Below the pieces are notes generated by a model. The model was not told the origin of the DNA and ran no database searches. It saw only the letters and a program-made list of their open reading frames with translations. The position numbers were made by a program, and so were the translations under genes. A stretch of DNA of 64,000 nucleotides from an uncultured Pseudomonadota bacterium (lineage in GTDB: Bacteria > Pseudomonadota > Alphaproteobacteria > JACZXZ01): positions 1,024,001 to 1,088,000 of the forward strand of contig CAVVLJ010000017.1 of assembly GCA_963749075.1 (NCBI GenBank). The letters run 5' to 3'. Shown piece by piece: positions 32,135-41,885 of the stretch (the first letter of the stretch is position 1; every line of letters begins with the position of its first letter).

Positions 32135-34849
32135 ATGGCGATCGTCGATCTCAAGGCGCTGGTGGCACGGCTGAACAACGTCGGCCGCCATGCCCTCGAG
32201 GCGGCGGTCGGCCTCACGCTCTCGCGCAGCAATTTCAACGTCGAGATCGAGCACTGGCTCGTCAAGCTGATCGAGCCGCCCAACACCGACATCGCCGCCA
32301 TCCTCCGACAGTACGAGGTCGACACCTCGCGGCTGTTGGCCAACTTGACGCGCGTGCTCGACCGCCTCAAGACGGGGAACGCGCGCTCGCCCTCGCTCTC
32401 GCCGCATCTCATCAGCCTCGCGCGCGAGGCCTGGGTGCTCGCCTCCCTCGAGTACGCGGCACCGCAGGTGCGCACGGGCCATCTCATCGCGGCCCTGCTG
32501 CTCGACGATTCGCTGGCGCCGCTGGCCCGCGAGGCCTCAGCCCAGTTCGCCAAGATCCCGGCCGAGACGCTGCGCCGCGAGCTCGTCAAGCTCACCGCGG
32601 GCACGGCCGAGGCGGCGGCGGCTCCGCCGGCCGCAGCGGCGGGCGGGCACGCTGCCGGACCGCTGCGGCCGCCCGGCTCGGGTGCGCTCGATCAGTACAC
32701 CATCGACCTCACGGAGCGCGCGCGCGAGGGCGCCATCGATCCGGTGCTCGGCCGCGACGCCGAGATCCGGCAGATCGCCGACATCTTGACGCGCCGGCGC
32801 CAGAACAATCCCATCCTCACCGGCGAGGCGGGCGTGGGCAAGACGGCGGTGGTCGAGGGCTTCGCCTCGCGCGTGGCGGAGGGCGACGTGCCGCCGGCGC
32901 TGCAGAGCGTCGCCGTGCGCACCCTCGACCTCGGCCTCCTGCAGGCCGGCGCGGGCATCAAGGGCGAATTCGAGAACCGCCTCAAGTCGGTCATCGAGGA
33001 GGTCAAGGCCTCGCCCAAGCCGATCATCCTCTTCATCGACGAGGCGCACACCATGATCGGCGCCGGCGGCCAGGCCGGGCAGAACGACGCCGCCAACCTC
33101 CTGAAGCCGGCGCTGGCGCGCGGCGAGCTGCGCACCATCGCGGCCACCACCTGGGCCGAGTACAAGAAGTACTTCGAGAAGGACGCAGCCCTCGCCCGGC
33201 GCTTCCAGGTGGTCAAGGTCGAGGAGCCGAGCGAGGCGGCGGCGGTCGAGATGATCCGCGGGCTCGTCGGCACGCTCGAGGCCCATCACGGCGTGCGCAT
33301 CCTCCACGAGGCGGTGATCGAGGCGGTGCGGCTCTCGCACCGCTACATCGTCGGCCGCCAGCTCCCCGACAAGGCGGTGAGCCTGCTGGATACCGCCTGC
33401 GCGCGCGTCGCCATGAGCCTGAGTGCCACGCCGCCCGGCGTCGAGGACCGCCGCCGCGGCATCGAGCAGCTCGCCGTCGAGATCGCCATTCTCGAGCGCG
33501 AGGCGGCGACCGGTGCGCCGCACCAGGCGCAGATCGCGGCACTCGGCGAGAAGAAGGCGGCGCTCGAGGGCGAGCTCAAGGCCCTCGAGGCGCGCTGGAA
33601 GGAGGAGCGCGAGCTCGTCACGCGCATCCGCGACCTGCGCGACCGCATCGAGGAGGCGCACTTGGGTCCCCGCGGCGGCGGCGAGCCTCAGCCGGCGGCG
33701 GCGGGGGCGGCGGCAGCGCCCGCGGCTGCGGCGGCGGCAGCGCTCTCGCCCGCGGAGCTCGAGGGCCTGCGCGGCGAGCTCGGCACGCTCACCGCCAAGC
33801 TGCGCGAGGTGCAGGGCGAGACGCCGCTCGTCGAGAGCGTCGTCGACGGCCAGGCCATGGCCGCGGTGGTGGCGGCCTGGACCGGCATCCCGGTCGGCCG
33901 CATGGTGGCCAACGAGATCCGCTCCGTGCTGACGCTGCGCGAGCAGCTCGAGAAGCGGGTGGTCGGCCAGTCCCACGCGCTCGAGGCGATCGCCCAGGCG
34001 ATGCGCGTCTCCCGCGCCAGGCTGACCGATCCGCGCAAGCCGATCGGCGTCTTCCTCATGGTGGGGACGAGCGGCGTGGGCAAGACCGAGACGGCGCTGG
34101 CGCTGGCCGAGCTCCTCTACGGCGGCGAGCAGAACGTCACGGTCCTCAACATGTCGGAGTTCAAGGAGGAGCACAAGGTCTCGCTCCTCATGGGCTCGCC
34201 GCCGGGCTACGTCGGCTACGGCGAGGGCGGCGTGCTCACCGAGGCGGTGCGGCGGCGGCCCTACGGCGTCGTGCTGCTCGACGAGATGGAGAAGGCCCAC
34301 CCGGGCGTGCAGGACATCTTCTATCAGGTGTTCGACAAGGGCATGCTGCGCGACGGCGAGGGCCGCGACATCGACTTCAAGAACACCGTCGTGATCATGA
34401 CCTCGAACGCCGCCTCGGACGCCATCGCCTCGCTCTGCGCCGATCCCGCTACGATGCCGGACGAGGCGGGGCTGCTCGAGGCGCTCCGGCCCGAGCTCCT
34501 CAAGATCTTCAAGCCCGCCTTCCTCGGCCGCGTCACCGTGGTGCCCTACTTCCCCTTGAGCGACGCGGTCTTGCGCCAGATCGTCAAGCTCAACCTCGAG
34601 CGCGTGCGCCGCCGGGTCGAGGACAACTACAAAGCGCAATTCAGCTACGCACCCGAGCTGATCGAGAGCATCGCGGAGCGCTGCCGCGAGACCGAGAGCG
34701 GGGCCCGCAACATCGAGACCATCCTGAACCGAACCATGCTGCCGGAGCTGGCGCAACGCTTCCTCGGCCTCATGGCCGAGGGCAAGAGCGTGTCCTCGGT
34801 GAGCGTCACAATCGCCAGCGGCGGCGGCTTCGAATATGTGATAAGCTAA
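32135..34849 (+). CDS. tssH: T6SS ATPase TssH/ClpV
   Basis: Two AAA+ modules (GEAGVGKT, GTSGVGKT); ClpV signatures LTRRRQNNPILTGE and NMSEFKEEH; next to hcp/vgrG. Confidence 0.96.
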   Translation: MAIVDLKALVARLNNVGRHALEAAVGLTLSRSNFNVEIEHWLVKLIEPPNTDIAAILRQYEVDTSRLLANLTRVLDRLKTGNARSPSLSPHLISLAREAWVLASLEYAAPQVRTGHLIAALLLDDSLAPLAREASAQFAKIPAETLRRELVKLTAGTAEAAAAPPAAAAGGHAAGPLRPPGSGALDQYTIDLTERAREGAIDPVLGRDAEIRQIADILTRRRQNNPILTGEAGVGKTAVVEGFASRVAEGDVPPALQSVAVRTLDLGLLQAGAGIKGEFENRLKSVIEEVKASPKPIILFIDEAHTMIGAGGQAGQNDAANLLKPALARGELRTIAATTWAEYKKYFEKDAALARRFQVVKVEEPSEAAAVEMIRGLVGTLEAHHGVRILHEAVIEAVRLSHRYIVGRQLPDKAVSLLDTACARVAMSLSATPPGVEDRRRGIEQLAVEIAILEREAATGAPHQAQIAALGEKKAALEGELKALEARWKEERELVTRIRDLRDRIEEAHLGPRGGGEPQPAAAGAAAAPAAAAAAALSPAELEGLRGELGTLTAKLREVQGETPLVESVVDGQAMAAVVAAWTGIPVGRMVANEIRSVLTLREQLEKRVVGQSHALEAIAQAMRVSRARLTDPRKPIGVFLMVGTSGVGKTETALALAELLYGGEQNVTVLNMSEFKEEHKVSLLMGSPPGYVGYGEGGVLTEAVRRRPYGVVLLDEMEKAHPGVQDIFYQVFDKGMLRDGEGRDIDFKNTVVIMTSNAASDAIASLCADPATMPDEAGLLEALRPELLKIFKPAFLGRVTVVPYFPLSDAVLRQIVKLNLERVRRRVEDNYKAQFSYAPELIESIAERCRETESGARNIETILNRTMLPELAQRFLGLMAEGKSVSSVSVTIASGGGFEYVIS

Positions 34850-35015
34850 AACGGCATTGCAGGGGACCGAGCGCGACGGTCCAAAAGTAGAAGGTTATGG
34901 GCGGCGGTTTCGCGACCGAGGAAACCGCGTGATTGGCGAGCTGGTGAGTTCCCGCGACCGCTCACGAACGGCCGCGGCCGCCGGCAGAACGCAACATATC
35001 GGAGGGTAAACTGCC

Positions 35016-35492
35016 ATGGCGATCTATCTGAAACTTGATGGTGTTTCGGGGGACGCGACCCAGCAGGACCACAAGGAGTGGATCACGCTCAACTCCTTTC
35101 AGTGGGGCGTGGGACGCGGCATTTCGACGCCCGTCGGCGATACCGCGCGGCGCGAGGCAAGCCAGCCTTCGGTCAGCGAGGTTACCGTCACCAAGATCGC
35201 GGACGTTTCCTCTTCCCAGCTGTTCGTCGAGGCCGTCACCGGGACCAATGCCAAATTGGTGAAAATCCATCTCACCAGAACCGGCTCGCCGGGCGACACC
35301 TACCTCGAGTTCATTCTCACGGACACCTTGGTGAGCGGCTACAGCATGAGCTCGGGCGGCGATCAACCGAGCGAATCCCTCTCGCTCAATTTCACCAAGA
35401 TCGAGTTCAACTACACGCCCTTCACCGCAGACAACAAGCCTGGGACCACGAAGCGCGCCTCTTTCGATCTCTCGACGGCCCAGAAGAGTTGA
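35016..35492 (+). CDS. hcp: T6SS tube protein Hcp/TssD
   Basis: IYLKLDGVSGD...HKEWI, TK--D-SS and ESLSLNFTKIEF-Y. Confidence 0.95.
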   Translation: MAIYLKLDGVSGDATQQDHKEWITLNSFQWGVGRGISTPVGDTARREASQPSVSEVTVTKIADVSSSQLFVEAVTGTNAKLVKIHLTRTGSPGDTYLEFILTDTLVSGYSMSSGGDQPSESLSLNFTKIEFNYTPFTADNKPGTTKRASFDLSTAQKS

Positions 35493-35689
35493 TGCGGCGG
35501 CGCATAGCGGCGTCCGCACGCGACGCCGCCTTGCGGCACCCGGGCCCGGGCGGGACCTCATTGCGCGGCGACCTCGGACGCCCGCGCGGGCGGCGGAGGG
35601 ACGCGTCCGGGCACCCTTGCCGCGGCCGAACGGCGATGCCATTGCCGGCTCGGCGGGCCGCGGCCTTCCTCAGGCGATAGAGGCGAGCA

Positions 35690-37627
35690 ATGAGCGATAC
35701 GGCCAGCGGCACCGGCGGCGGCAGCGGCAGCAACGAAGACTTCATTGCCATCGACACGCCCCTCGGGCCCGGCGTCCTGCGACCGGAGCTCTTCGAGGGG
35801 GAGGAGAGCTTCTCCGAGCCCTTCCGCTACCGCCTGCGCATGCTGTCGCACAATAAGTCGATCGATCCGCGCGACATCGTCAACAAGAACGCGACCGTCA
35901 CCCTCACCTGGACCGGCGAGCAGCCGTGGAAGCGGCTCTTCAACGGCATCGTGCGGCACTTTTCCTTGGGGCCGATGCGCGAGGAGGACTACCGCGAGTA
36001 CTATCTCGAGCTGGTGCCCTGGCTGTGGTTCCTCACGCGCCGCTCCAACTGCCGCATCTACCAGGACAAGAAGGCGCCGGACATCGTCGAGGCCGTGTTC
36101 AAGGATGCCGGCTTCACGGACTACAAGCTCAAGCTGAGCGAGAACCATCCCAAGCGCGAGTACTGCGTGCAGTACCGCGAGACCGACTTCGCCTTCGTCT
36201 CGCGGCTCTGCGAGGAGGAGGGCATCTTCTACTTTCACCAGCACGAGAAGGGCAAGCACACCCTCGTGCTCGCCGACAACCGCTCCGCCTATTTCGACTG
36301 CCCCGACCCGGAGAACAAGGTCGACTACCATCCGCTCGGCGATTTCGGGCACCTCGTCAACCGCTTCGAGCCCGGCTATGCCTTCCGCTCCGGCGTGTGG
36401 ACCCAGCGCGACTATTATTTCGAGACCCCGGACAACAACCTCGAGACGAAGCAGCAGACCATCGTCGACCTGCCCGGGCTCTCGAGCTACGAGCTCTACG
36501 ACTATCCCGGCCTCTACACCAACAAGAGCGACGGCCAGGACCTGACGAAGGTGCGCATGGAGGTGGAGGAGGCCGCCTACCAGCTCTTCGAGGGCACCGG
36601 CGCCTGCAGCAGCTTCCAGCCGGGCGCCAAGTTCGCCCTCGACCAGCTGCCCGTCGAGGCCGAGAACAACAAGACCTACGTCCTCTCCACGGTGCGCCAC
36701 ACGGCGATCGCCGCGACGCGCTATGCCGGACAGGGCAGCGAGGCGCGCTACTCCAACAGCTTCACCTGCCTCCTCGACAAGGTGCTGTTCCAGCCGCCGC
36801 GCAAGACGCCCAAGGCGGTGGTGCGCGGCCCGCACACCGCCTTCGTCGTGGGCCCCCAGGGCGAGGAGATCTACTGCGACAAGTACGGCCGCGTGAAGGT
36901 CCAGTTCCACTGGGACCGCTACGGCAAGAAAAACGAGCAGAGCTCGTGCTGGATGCGCGTCGCCCAGCTCTGGGCCGGCAAGAACTGGGGCGCCATCTTC
37001 ATCCCGCGCATCGGCATGGAGGTGCTCGTCGACTTCCTCGAGGGCGACCCCGACCGGCCGCTCATCACGGGCTGCGTCTATAACGCCAACTACATGCCGC
37101 CCTACACGCTGCCCGACAACAAGACGCAGAGCGGCCTCAAGACGCGCAGCTCGAAGGGAGGCGGCACCGCGGACTTCAACGAGCTGCGCTTCGAGGACAA
37201 GAAGGACTCGGAGGAGGTCTACTTCCACGCCCAGAAGGACTACAACCGGGTCGTCGAGCACGACGACACCCTCAAGGTCGGCCACGACCAGACCATCGAG
37301 ATCACCAACAACCGCACCGAGACGATCGACCAGGGCAACGACAGCCTCACGCTGCAGGCCGGCAACCGCTCGATCAACGTCGACATGGGGTCGAGCTCGC
37401 TCACCGCCCTGCAATCGATCTCGGTCACGTCCGAGATGTCGATCACGCTCACGGTCGGCCCGAGCAGCATCAGCATAACGCCCGCGAGCATCTCGCTCTC
37501 CTCGCCGGTCATCAATCTCACCGCCGAGGCCACCATTTCGGAGATGGCGCCGGTGATCAATATCACGGGGACGCCCGTGACGGTCGCGGTTATCGCCGGG
37601 ACCGGCCTCGTGGCACCTCCGGTTTAG
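35690..37627 (+). CDS. vgrG: T6SS spike protein VgrG/TssI (no evolved C-terminal effector)
   Basis: REYCVQYRETDFAFVSRL, GRVKVQFHWDR, PRIGMEVLVDFLEGDPDRP and NELRFED; short beta-repeat tail. Confidence 0.97.
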   Translation: MSDTASGTGGGSGSNEDFIAIDTPLGPGVLRPELFEGEESFSEPFRYRLRMLSHNKSIDPRDIVNKNATVTLTWTGEQPWKRLFNGIVRHFSLGPMREEDYREYYLELVPWLWFLTRRSNCRIYQDKKAPDIVEAVFKDAGFTDYKLKLSENHPKREYCVQYRETDFAFVSRLCEEEGIFYFHQHEKGKHTLVLADNRSAYFDCPDPENKVDYHPLGDFGHLVNRFEPGYAFRSGVWTQRDYYFETPDNNLETKQQTIVDLPGLSSYELYDYPGLYTNKSDGQDLTKVRMEVEEAAYQLFEGTGACSSFQPGAKFALDQLPVEAENNKTYVLSTVRHTAIAATRYAGQGSEARYSNSFTCLLDKVLFQPPRKTPKAVVRGPHTAFVVGPQGEEIYCDKYGRVKVQFHWDRYGKKNEQSSCWMRVAQLWAGKNWGAIFIPRIGMEVLVDFLEGDPDRPLITGCVYNANYMPPYTLPDNKTQSGLKTRSSKGGGTADFNELRFEDKKDSEEVYFHAQKDYNRVVEHDDTLKVGHDQTIEITNNRTETIDQGNDSLTLQAGNRSINVDMGSSSLTALQSISVTSEMSITLTVGPSSISITPASISLSSPVINLTAEATISEMAPVINITGTPVTVAVIAGTGLVAPPV

Positions 37628-37641
37628 AGGGTCCCCGCGCG

Positions 37642-37670
37642 TTGACACCGCGGGCGCCGCAACCGATAAT
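37642..37670 (+). promoter_or_regulatory. Near-consensus sigma70 promoter TTGACA-N17-GATAAT internal to the T6SS cluster
   Basis: 6/6 match at -35, 5/6 at -10, 17-bp spacer, immediately after the vgrG stop. Confidence 0.6.
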
Positions 37671-37748
37671 TATCGATGTAAATCTATGGCTTGGCCCGGC
37701 GGTCCGCGGCCCTTGGGACCGCCCGCCGGGGATTTCGCTCGAGGCATC

Positions 37749-38369
37749 ATGGAGCTAGGCCCGCTCACCAAGGTCAAGGCCGCGACGGCCGCGGAGCTCT
37801 GCGCCAGAAGCAAGCTGGAGCCGCCTGGGCACGCCATGCTCAGCGGCGACGAGCCGCCAGCGGCACTCCTAGGCCGGCTGATCGAGGGCAAGCTCTACCG
37901 CGACGCGGTCCGCCTCCTCGCCCAGGCGCTGCCCAAGCGCGAGGCCGTGTGGTGGGCCTGCCTTTGCGCACATGCGGTGCTTCCGGCTAAGAAGGAGCCG
38001 GCCGACGCCGCGGCGCTCAAGGCGGCGGAGCGCTGGGTGGTCAAGCCGAGCGAGGCGCACCGCAGTGCGGCCATGCCCGCGGCGCGCGCCGCCGGCTTCG
38101 AGCAGCCGGCGAGCTGGGCCGCCGTTGCCGTGAGCTGGAGCGGCGGCAGCATGATGCCGGAGGGCCATCCGGCGATGCCGCCGGGCGACGAGCTCACGGG
38201 ACAGGCCGTCGCCAACGCGGTGCTGCTCGCGGGCCTGCAGGGCGACGCGACCAGGATCGCGGCGCGCTTCCGCGACTTCCTCGAGCGCGGCATCGACCTT
38301 GCCAAGGGCGGCACCGGCAAGAAGGCCGGAGACGCGCCGGGTGCTGCTGCACCGTCGCTTCCGCTCTGA
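37749..38369 (+). CDS. VgrG-associated DUF6931-like protein
   Basis: LAQALPKREAVWWAC, A-E-WV--PSE--R and WSGGS motifs recalled from this vgrG-linked family. Confidence 0.7.
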   Translation: MELGPLTKVKAATAAELCARSKLEPPGHAMLSGDEPPAALLGRLIEGKLYRDAVRLLAQALPKREAVWWACLCAHAVLPAKKEPADAAALKAAERWVVKPSEAHRSAAMPAARAAGFEQPASWAAVAVSWSGGSMMPEGHPAMPPGDELTGQAVANAVLLAGLQGDATRIAARFRDFLERGIDLAKGGTGKKAGDAPGAAAPSLPL

Positions 38370-38467
38370 GGCAAAGGAGGGATCGTAGGCCAGCCGATGG
38401 GTGAGCGGGCGATGCAGAGGACGACGAGGCCGGGCCAAGCTGCGGCGCCGCCCGAGCGGAGAACGCC

Positions 38468-39916
38468 ATGGCCCTGACCCTTGCGCTCGCCGGCAAGGAG
38501 GCTTTGCCGCCGGGCCAGCGCGCGAGCCTGACCATCGAGCGCGGCAGCGCCACCATCGGGCGCAGCAAGGACAACGACTGGGCGCTGGCGGACCCGAGCC
38601 GGCTGCTCTCCGGCAAGCACTGCTCCATCGAGTGCCGCGGCGACGCCTACTTCATCACCGACACCAGCACGAACGGCGTCTACCTCAACCGCTCGCCCGA
38701 CCGCCTTGGCCGCGGCAACACGGCGCAGCTCAACGACGGCGATCTGGTCAGTTTCGGCCAGTACGAGATCGAGGTGCGCATCGGCGCGCCCTCAGGCGCG
38801 GCCGTGGCGGAGAAACACCCGGCGGAGGCCGGGAACGACACCTTCTTCGGCAAGCTCAAGGCCGACTTCGGCGTCGCCGCCGCGGAGCCACCTGCGGCGG
38901 GCGCGGGAGCGACGCGCGAGCGAGCGGCCCAGCCCCTGCCGCCCGATCCTCTCGGCGATCCGCTCGAGAGGCTGCCGCCGCTGCCCGGCTTGCCGCGCGA
39001 GCCGGTGCCCGAGCTCATCCCCGACGACATCGAGCTTTTCGGCCGCGACCGGGCGCGCGAGGAGTGGCGCGGCCCTTCGGAAGCGGACCACGTGCCCTCG
39101 TCCCAGGAGTTCTTTGCCCCGCCGCAGGTTCGCCAACAGGCGTTCCCCGCCGGCAGCGGCGCCATCCCGGAGGATTGGGACAAGGAGCCCGCGGCCGGCG
39201 GGCCGGCCCCTGCCTCGAGCCGGCCCGCCGCCGCGCCGCAAGTGCCGGAGCGCCCGTCGCGCGGGGGGAGAGGCAGCGACACGCTCCCGCCTGCGAGCGC
39301 GCCGCCCGCGGCAGGTACCGCCGGCGGCGCCGGCGATGCGGCACTCCTCGCCAGCTTTCTCGCGGCCTCCGGGCTTGCGAAGCTCGAGGTGCCCGACGCC
39401 GCGGCCGAGGCGACGATGCAGCTCGTCGGCCGCCTCTTTCGCGAGATCGTCGGCGGCTTGCGCGAGTTGCTCATGACGCGCGCCGAGATCAAGAGCGAGA
39501 TGCGCGTCCCGCAAACCCAGATCCGGCCGAAGGGCAACAACCCGCTCAAGTTCTCCGCCTCGGTCGAGGAGGCGATGACGGCGCTCCTGCGCCCCACGGG
39601 CTCGGGCTATCTCGCTCCCGACAAGGCGATCGAGGAGGCGGTCAAGGACCTCCGCGCGCACGAGCTCGCCGTCATGGCCGGCGTGCAGGAAGTGCTGGCG
39701 ACGCTCCTCAAGCGCTTCGACCCCAAGCAGCTCGAGGAGCGGCTCAAGGAGGCCTCGTCGCTTGCCAGCGTCCTGCCGGGGGCGCGCAAGGCGCGCTATT
39801 GGGAGGTCTATACCGAGCTCTACCGCGAGATCGCGCGCGAGGCGGAGGACGACTTCAGCGGCTTCTTCGGCCGCGAGTTCGCCCGCGCCTACATGCAGAA
39901 GGTGACGAAGCTGTGA
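38468..39916 (+). CDS. tagH: T6SS FHA-domain protein TagH
   Basis: FHA motifs IGR, S-KHC and DTSTNG; C-terminal NNPLKFS, HELAVMAG and FGREFARAY. Confidence 0.93.
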   Translation: MALTLALAGKEALPPGQRASLTIERGSATIGRSKDNDWALADPSRLLSGKHCSIECRGDAYFITDTSTNGVYLNRSPDRLGRGNTAQLNDGDLVSFGQYEIEVRIGAPSGAAVAEKHPAEAGNDTFFGKLKADFGVAAAEPPAAGAGATRERAAQPLPPDPLGDPLERLPPLPGLPREPVPELIPDDIELFGRDRAREEWRGPSEADHVPSSQEFFAPPQVRQQAFPAGSGAIPEDWDKEPAAGGPAPASSRPAAAPQVPERPSRGGRGSDTLPPASAPPAAGTAGGAGDAALLASFLAASGLAKLEVPDAAAEATMQLVGRLFREIVGGLRELLMTRAEIKSEMRVPQTQIRPKGNNPLKFSASVEEAMTALLRPTGSGYLAPDKAIEEAVKDLRAHELAVMAGVQEVLATLLKRFDPKQLEERLKEASSLASVLPGARKARYWEVYTELYREIAREAEDDFSGFFGREFARAYMQKVTKL

Positions 39917-40002
39917 GCGCCGCGGCGGCGATGGTGCTGCGGCGGCGCTTCGGCTAGGATGGGCGAGGACGGGCTGCGGCAGCAGGGGGGGGGACGCGGG
40001 AG

Positions 40003-40482
40003 ATGGCGATCGCTCGGCGCCTGCTTTGGGCCGCGGGCCTTGCGGCGGCGGCCGCCCTTTGCGGCCCGCTTGCCGCGGCACCCCCGGCACCTCAGCCGAC
40101 CATCGCCGTGCTCGACATCCAGGCGGCGGCCGACATCAATCCCGACCCCAAGGGTGCCGCGGCACCGGTCGGCATCCGGCTCTACCAGCTCACCCTGCCG
40201 GACGGCTTCGAGGCGGCGGATTTCTTCGCGCTCTACCGCGACGACGGTGCCGCCCTCGGCGCCGCCCTGCGCGGCCGCGAGGAGCTCGTCCTGGCGCCCG
40301 GGCGACGCGAGCGCGTGAGCGAGGAGATGAAAGAGGACGCGCATTACATCGGCGTGCTGGTCGCCTACCGCGACATCGACCATGCGAGCTGGCGGCTCGT
40401 CGTCCCGGTGCCGGCCAACAAGACGACGACGTTCGCGGTAGAGCTTGCGGGAGAGACGGTGAGGCTCGCCGCAGCGAAATGA
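40003..40482 (+). CDS. tssJ: T6SS membrane complex protein TssJ
   Basis: INPD--G---PV-IRLYQL, F--ADFFAL and GVLVAYRDID---WR; lipobox atypical. Confidence 0.88.
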   Translation: MAIARRLLWAAGLAAAAALCGPLAAAPPAPQPTIAVLDIQAAADINPDPKGAAAPVGIRLYQLTLPDGFEAADFFALYRDDGAALGAALRGREELVLAPGRRERVSEEMKEDAHYIGVLVAYRDIDHASWRLVVPVPANKTTTFAVELAGETVRLAAAK

Positions 40483-40544
40483 CGCGGCGGCCGGGCGCCG
40501 CGGCGCTGTCGCCGCGGCGCATCATGGAGTGGTCCGGGTAGCGC

Positions 40545-41879
40545 ATGTCGTGGGAAAACAAAGTGGTGTGGTCCGAGGGCATGTTCCTCAGGACGCAGCA
40601 CTTCCAACAGAGCGACCGCTGGGTGGAGAAGCTGGTGCGCGCCAGCGTGCGGAGCTTGCGCCCGTACGGCTGGGGCCTCTCGGAGTTCTCGATCGACCGC
40701 GCGCTCCTCGCCACCGGCAAGTTCGCGCTCACCATGTGCCGGGGCGTGCTAGAGGACGGCACGCCCTTCAGCATTCCCGAGGATGCGCCGCACCCCGCCC
40801 CCCTCGAGCTGCCCGAGAACGCGCGCAACGTCATCGTCTATCTCGCCGTTGCCGTGCGCCAGCCGGGCGGGGTCGAGGTCGACGGCGACGGCCACGGCGA
40901 GACCGCGGCGCGCTACGCGGGCGAGGAGTACGAGGCCGTCGACAGCATCGCCGGCGCCGAGACCGTGGCGCGGCTCAAGGTCGCCAAGCTGCGCGTGCGC
41001 TACATGCTCGAGAGCGAGGCGCGCGGCGGCTACGTCTGCCTCGGCCTCGCCCGCATCGTCGAGATGCGCGCGGACAAGAACATCGTGCTCGACGACAACT
41101 ACATCCCGCCCTGCCTCGACTGCGCGGTGTCGCCGGCGCTGACCGGCTACCTCAAGGAGCTCGAGGGCCTCTTCCACCACCGCGGCGAGGCGCTCGCCGC
41201 GCGCGTGGTGAGCTCCGGCACCAAGGGCGCCGCCGAGATCGCCGACTTCCTTCTTCTGCAAGTGGTCAACCGCGTCGAGCCGCTGCTCACCCACTTCGCC
41301 GCGGCCTCGACGCTCCACCCCGAGACCTTCTTCGCGGCGGCGCTCATGATGGCGGGCGAGCTCGCCACCTTCACCGCGGCGACGAAACGGCCACCCCAGC
41401 TCGCCATCTATCGCCACGACGACCTCCAGGGCAGCTTCGCGCCGCTCATGCTCGAGCTCAGGCGCTCGCTCAGCGCCGTGCTCGAGCAGACCGCCATCTT
41501 GATCGAGCTGCAGGAGCGGCGCTACGGCATCCGCGTCGGCGCCATCGCCGACCGCACCCTCTTGGCGCGCGCGGCCTTCGTCCTCGCGGTCAAGGCCGAC
41601 ATCCCCGCCGAGAAGCTGCGCCGCGATTTCCCCAACCAGGCCAAGATCGGCCCGGTCGAGCAGATCCGCGAGCTCGTCAACGTGGCGCTGACCGGGGTTC
41701 CCGTGCGCCCCCTGCCGGTCGCCCCGCGGCATATCCCCTATCACGCGGGCATGACCTATTTCGAGCTCGACCGCACGAGCCAATACTGGAAGGCCATGGG
41801 CAGCTCGGGCGGCCTCGCGATCCACGTGGCCGGCGAATACCCGGGCCTGCAGATGCAGCTTTGGGCGATCAAAGAGTAG
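40545..41879 (+). CDS. tssK: T6SS baseplate protein TssK
   Basis: NKVVWSEGMFLRTQHFQQ, LPVAPR-IPYHAG and LWAIK. Confidence 0.96.
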   Translation: MSWENKVVWSEGMFLRTQHFQQSDRWVEKLVRASVRSLRPYGWGLSEFSIDRALLATGKFALTMCRGVLEDGTPFSIPEDAPHPAPLELPENARNVIVYLAVAVRQPGGVEVDGDGHGETAARYAGEEYEAVDSIAGAETVARLKVAKLRVRYMLESEARGGYVCLGLARIVEMRADKNIVLDDNYIPPCLDCAVSPALTGYLKELEGLFHHRGEALAARVVSSGTKGAAEIADFLLLQVVNRVEPLLTHFAAASTLHPETFFAAALMMAGELATFTAATKRPPQLAIYRHDDLQGSFAPLMLELRRSLSAVLEQTAILIELQERRYGIRVGAIADRTLLARAAFVLAVKADIPAEKLRRDFPNQAKIGPVEQIRELVNVALTGVPVRPLPVAPRHIPYHAGMTYFELDRTSQYWKAMGSSGGLAIHVAGEYPGLQMQLWAIKE

Positions 41880-41885
41880 CCGAGG

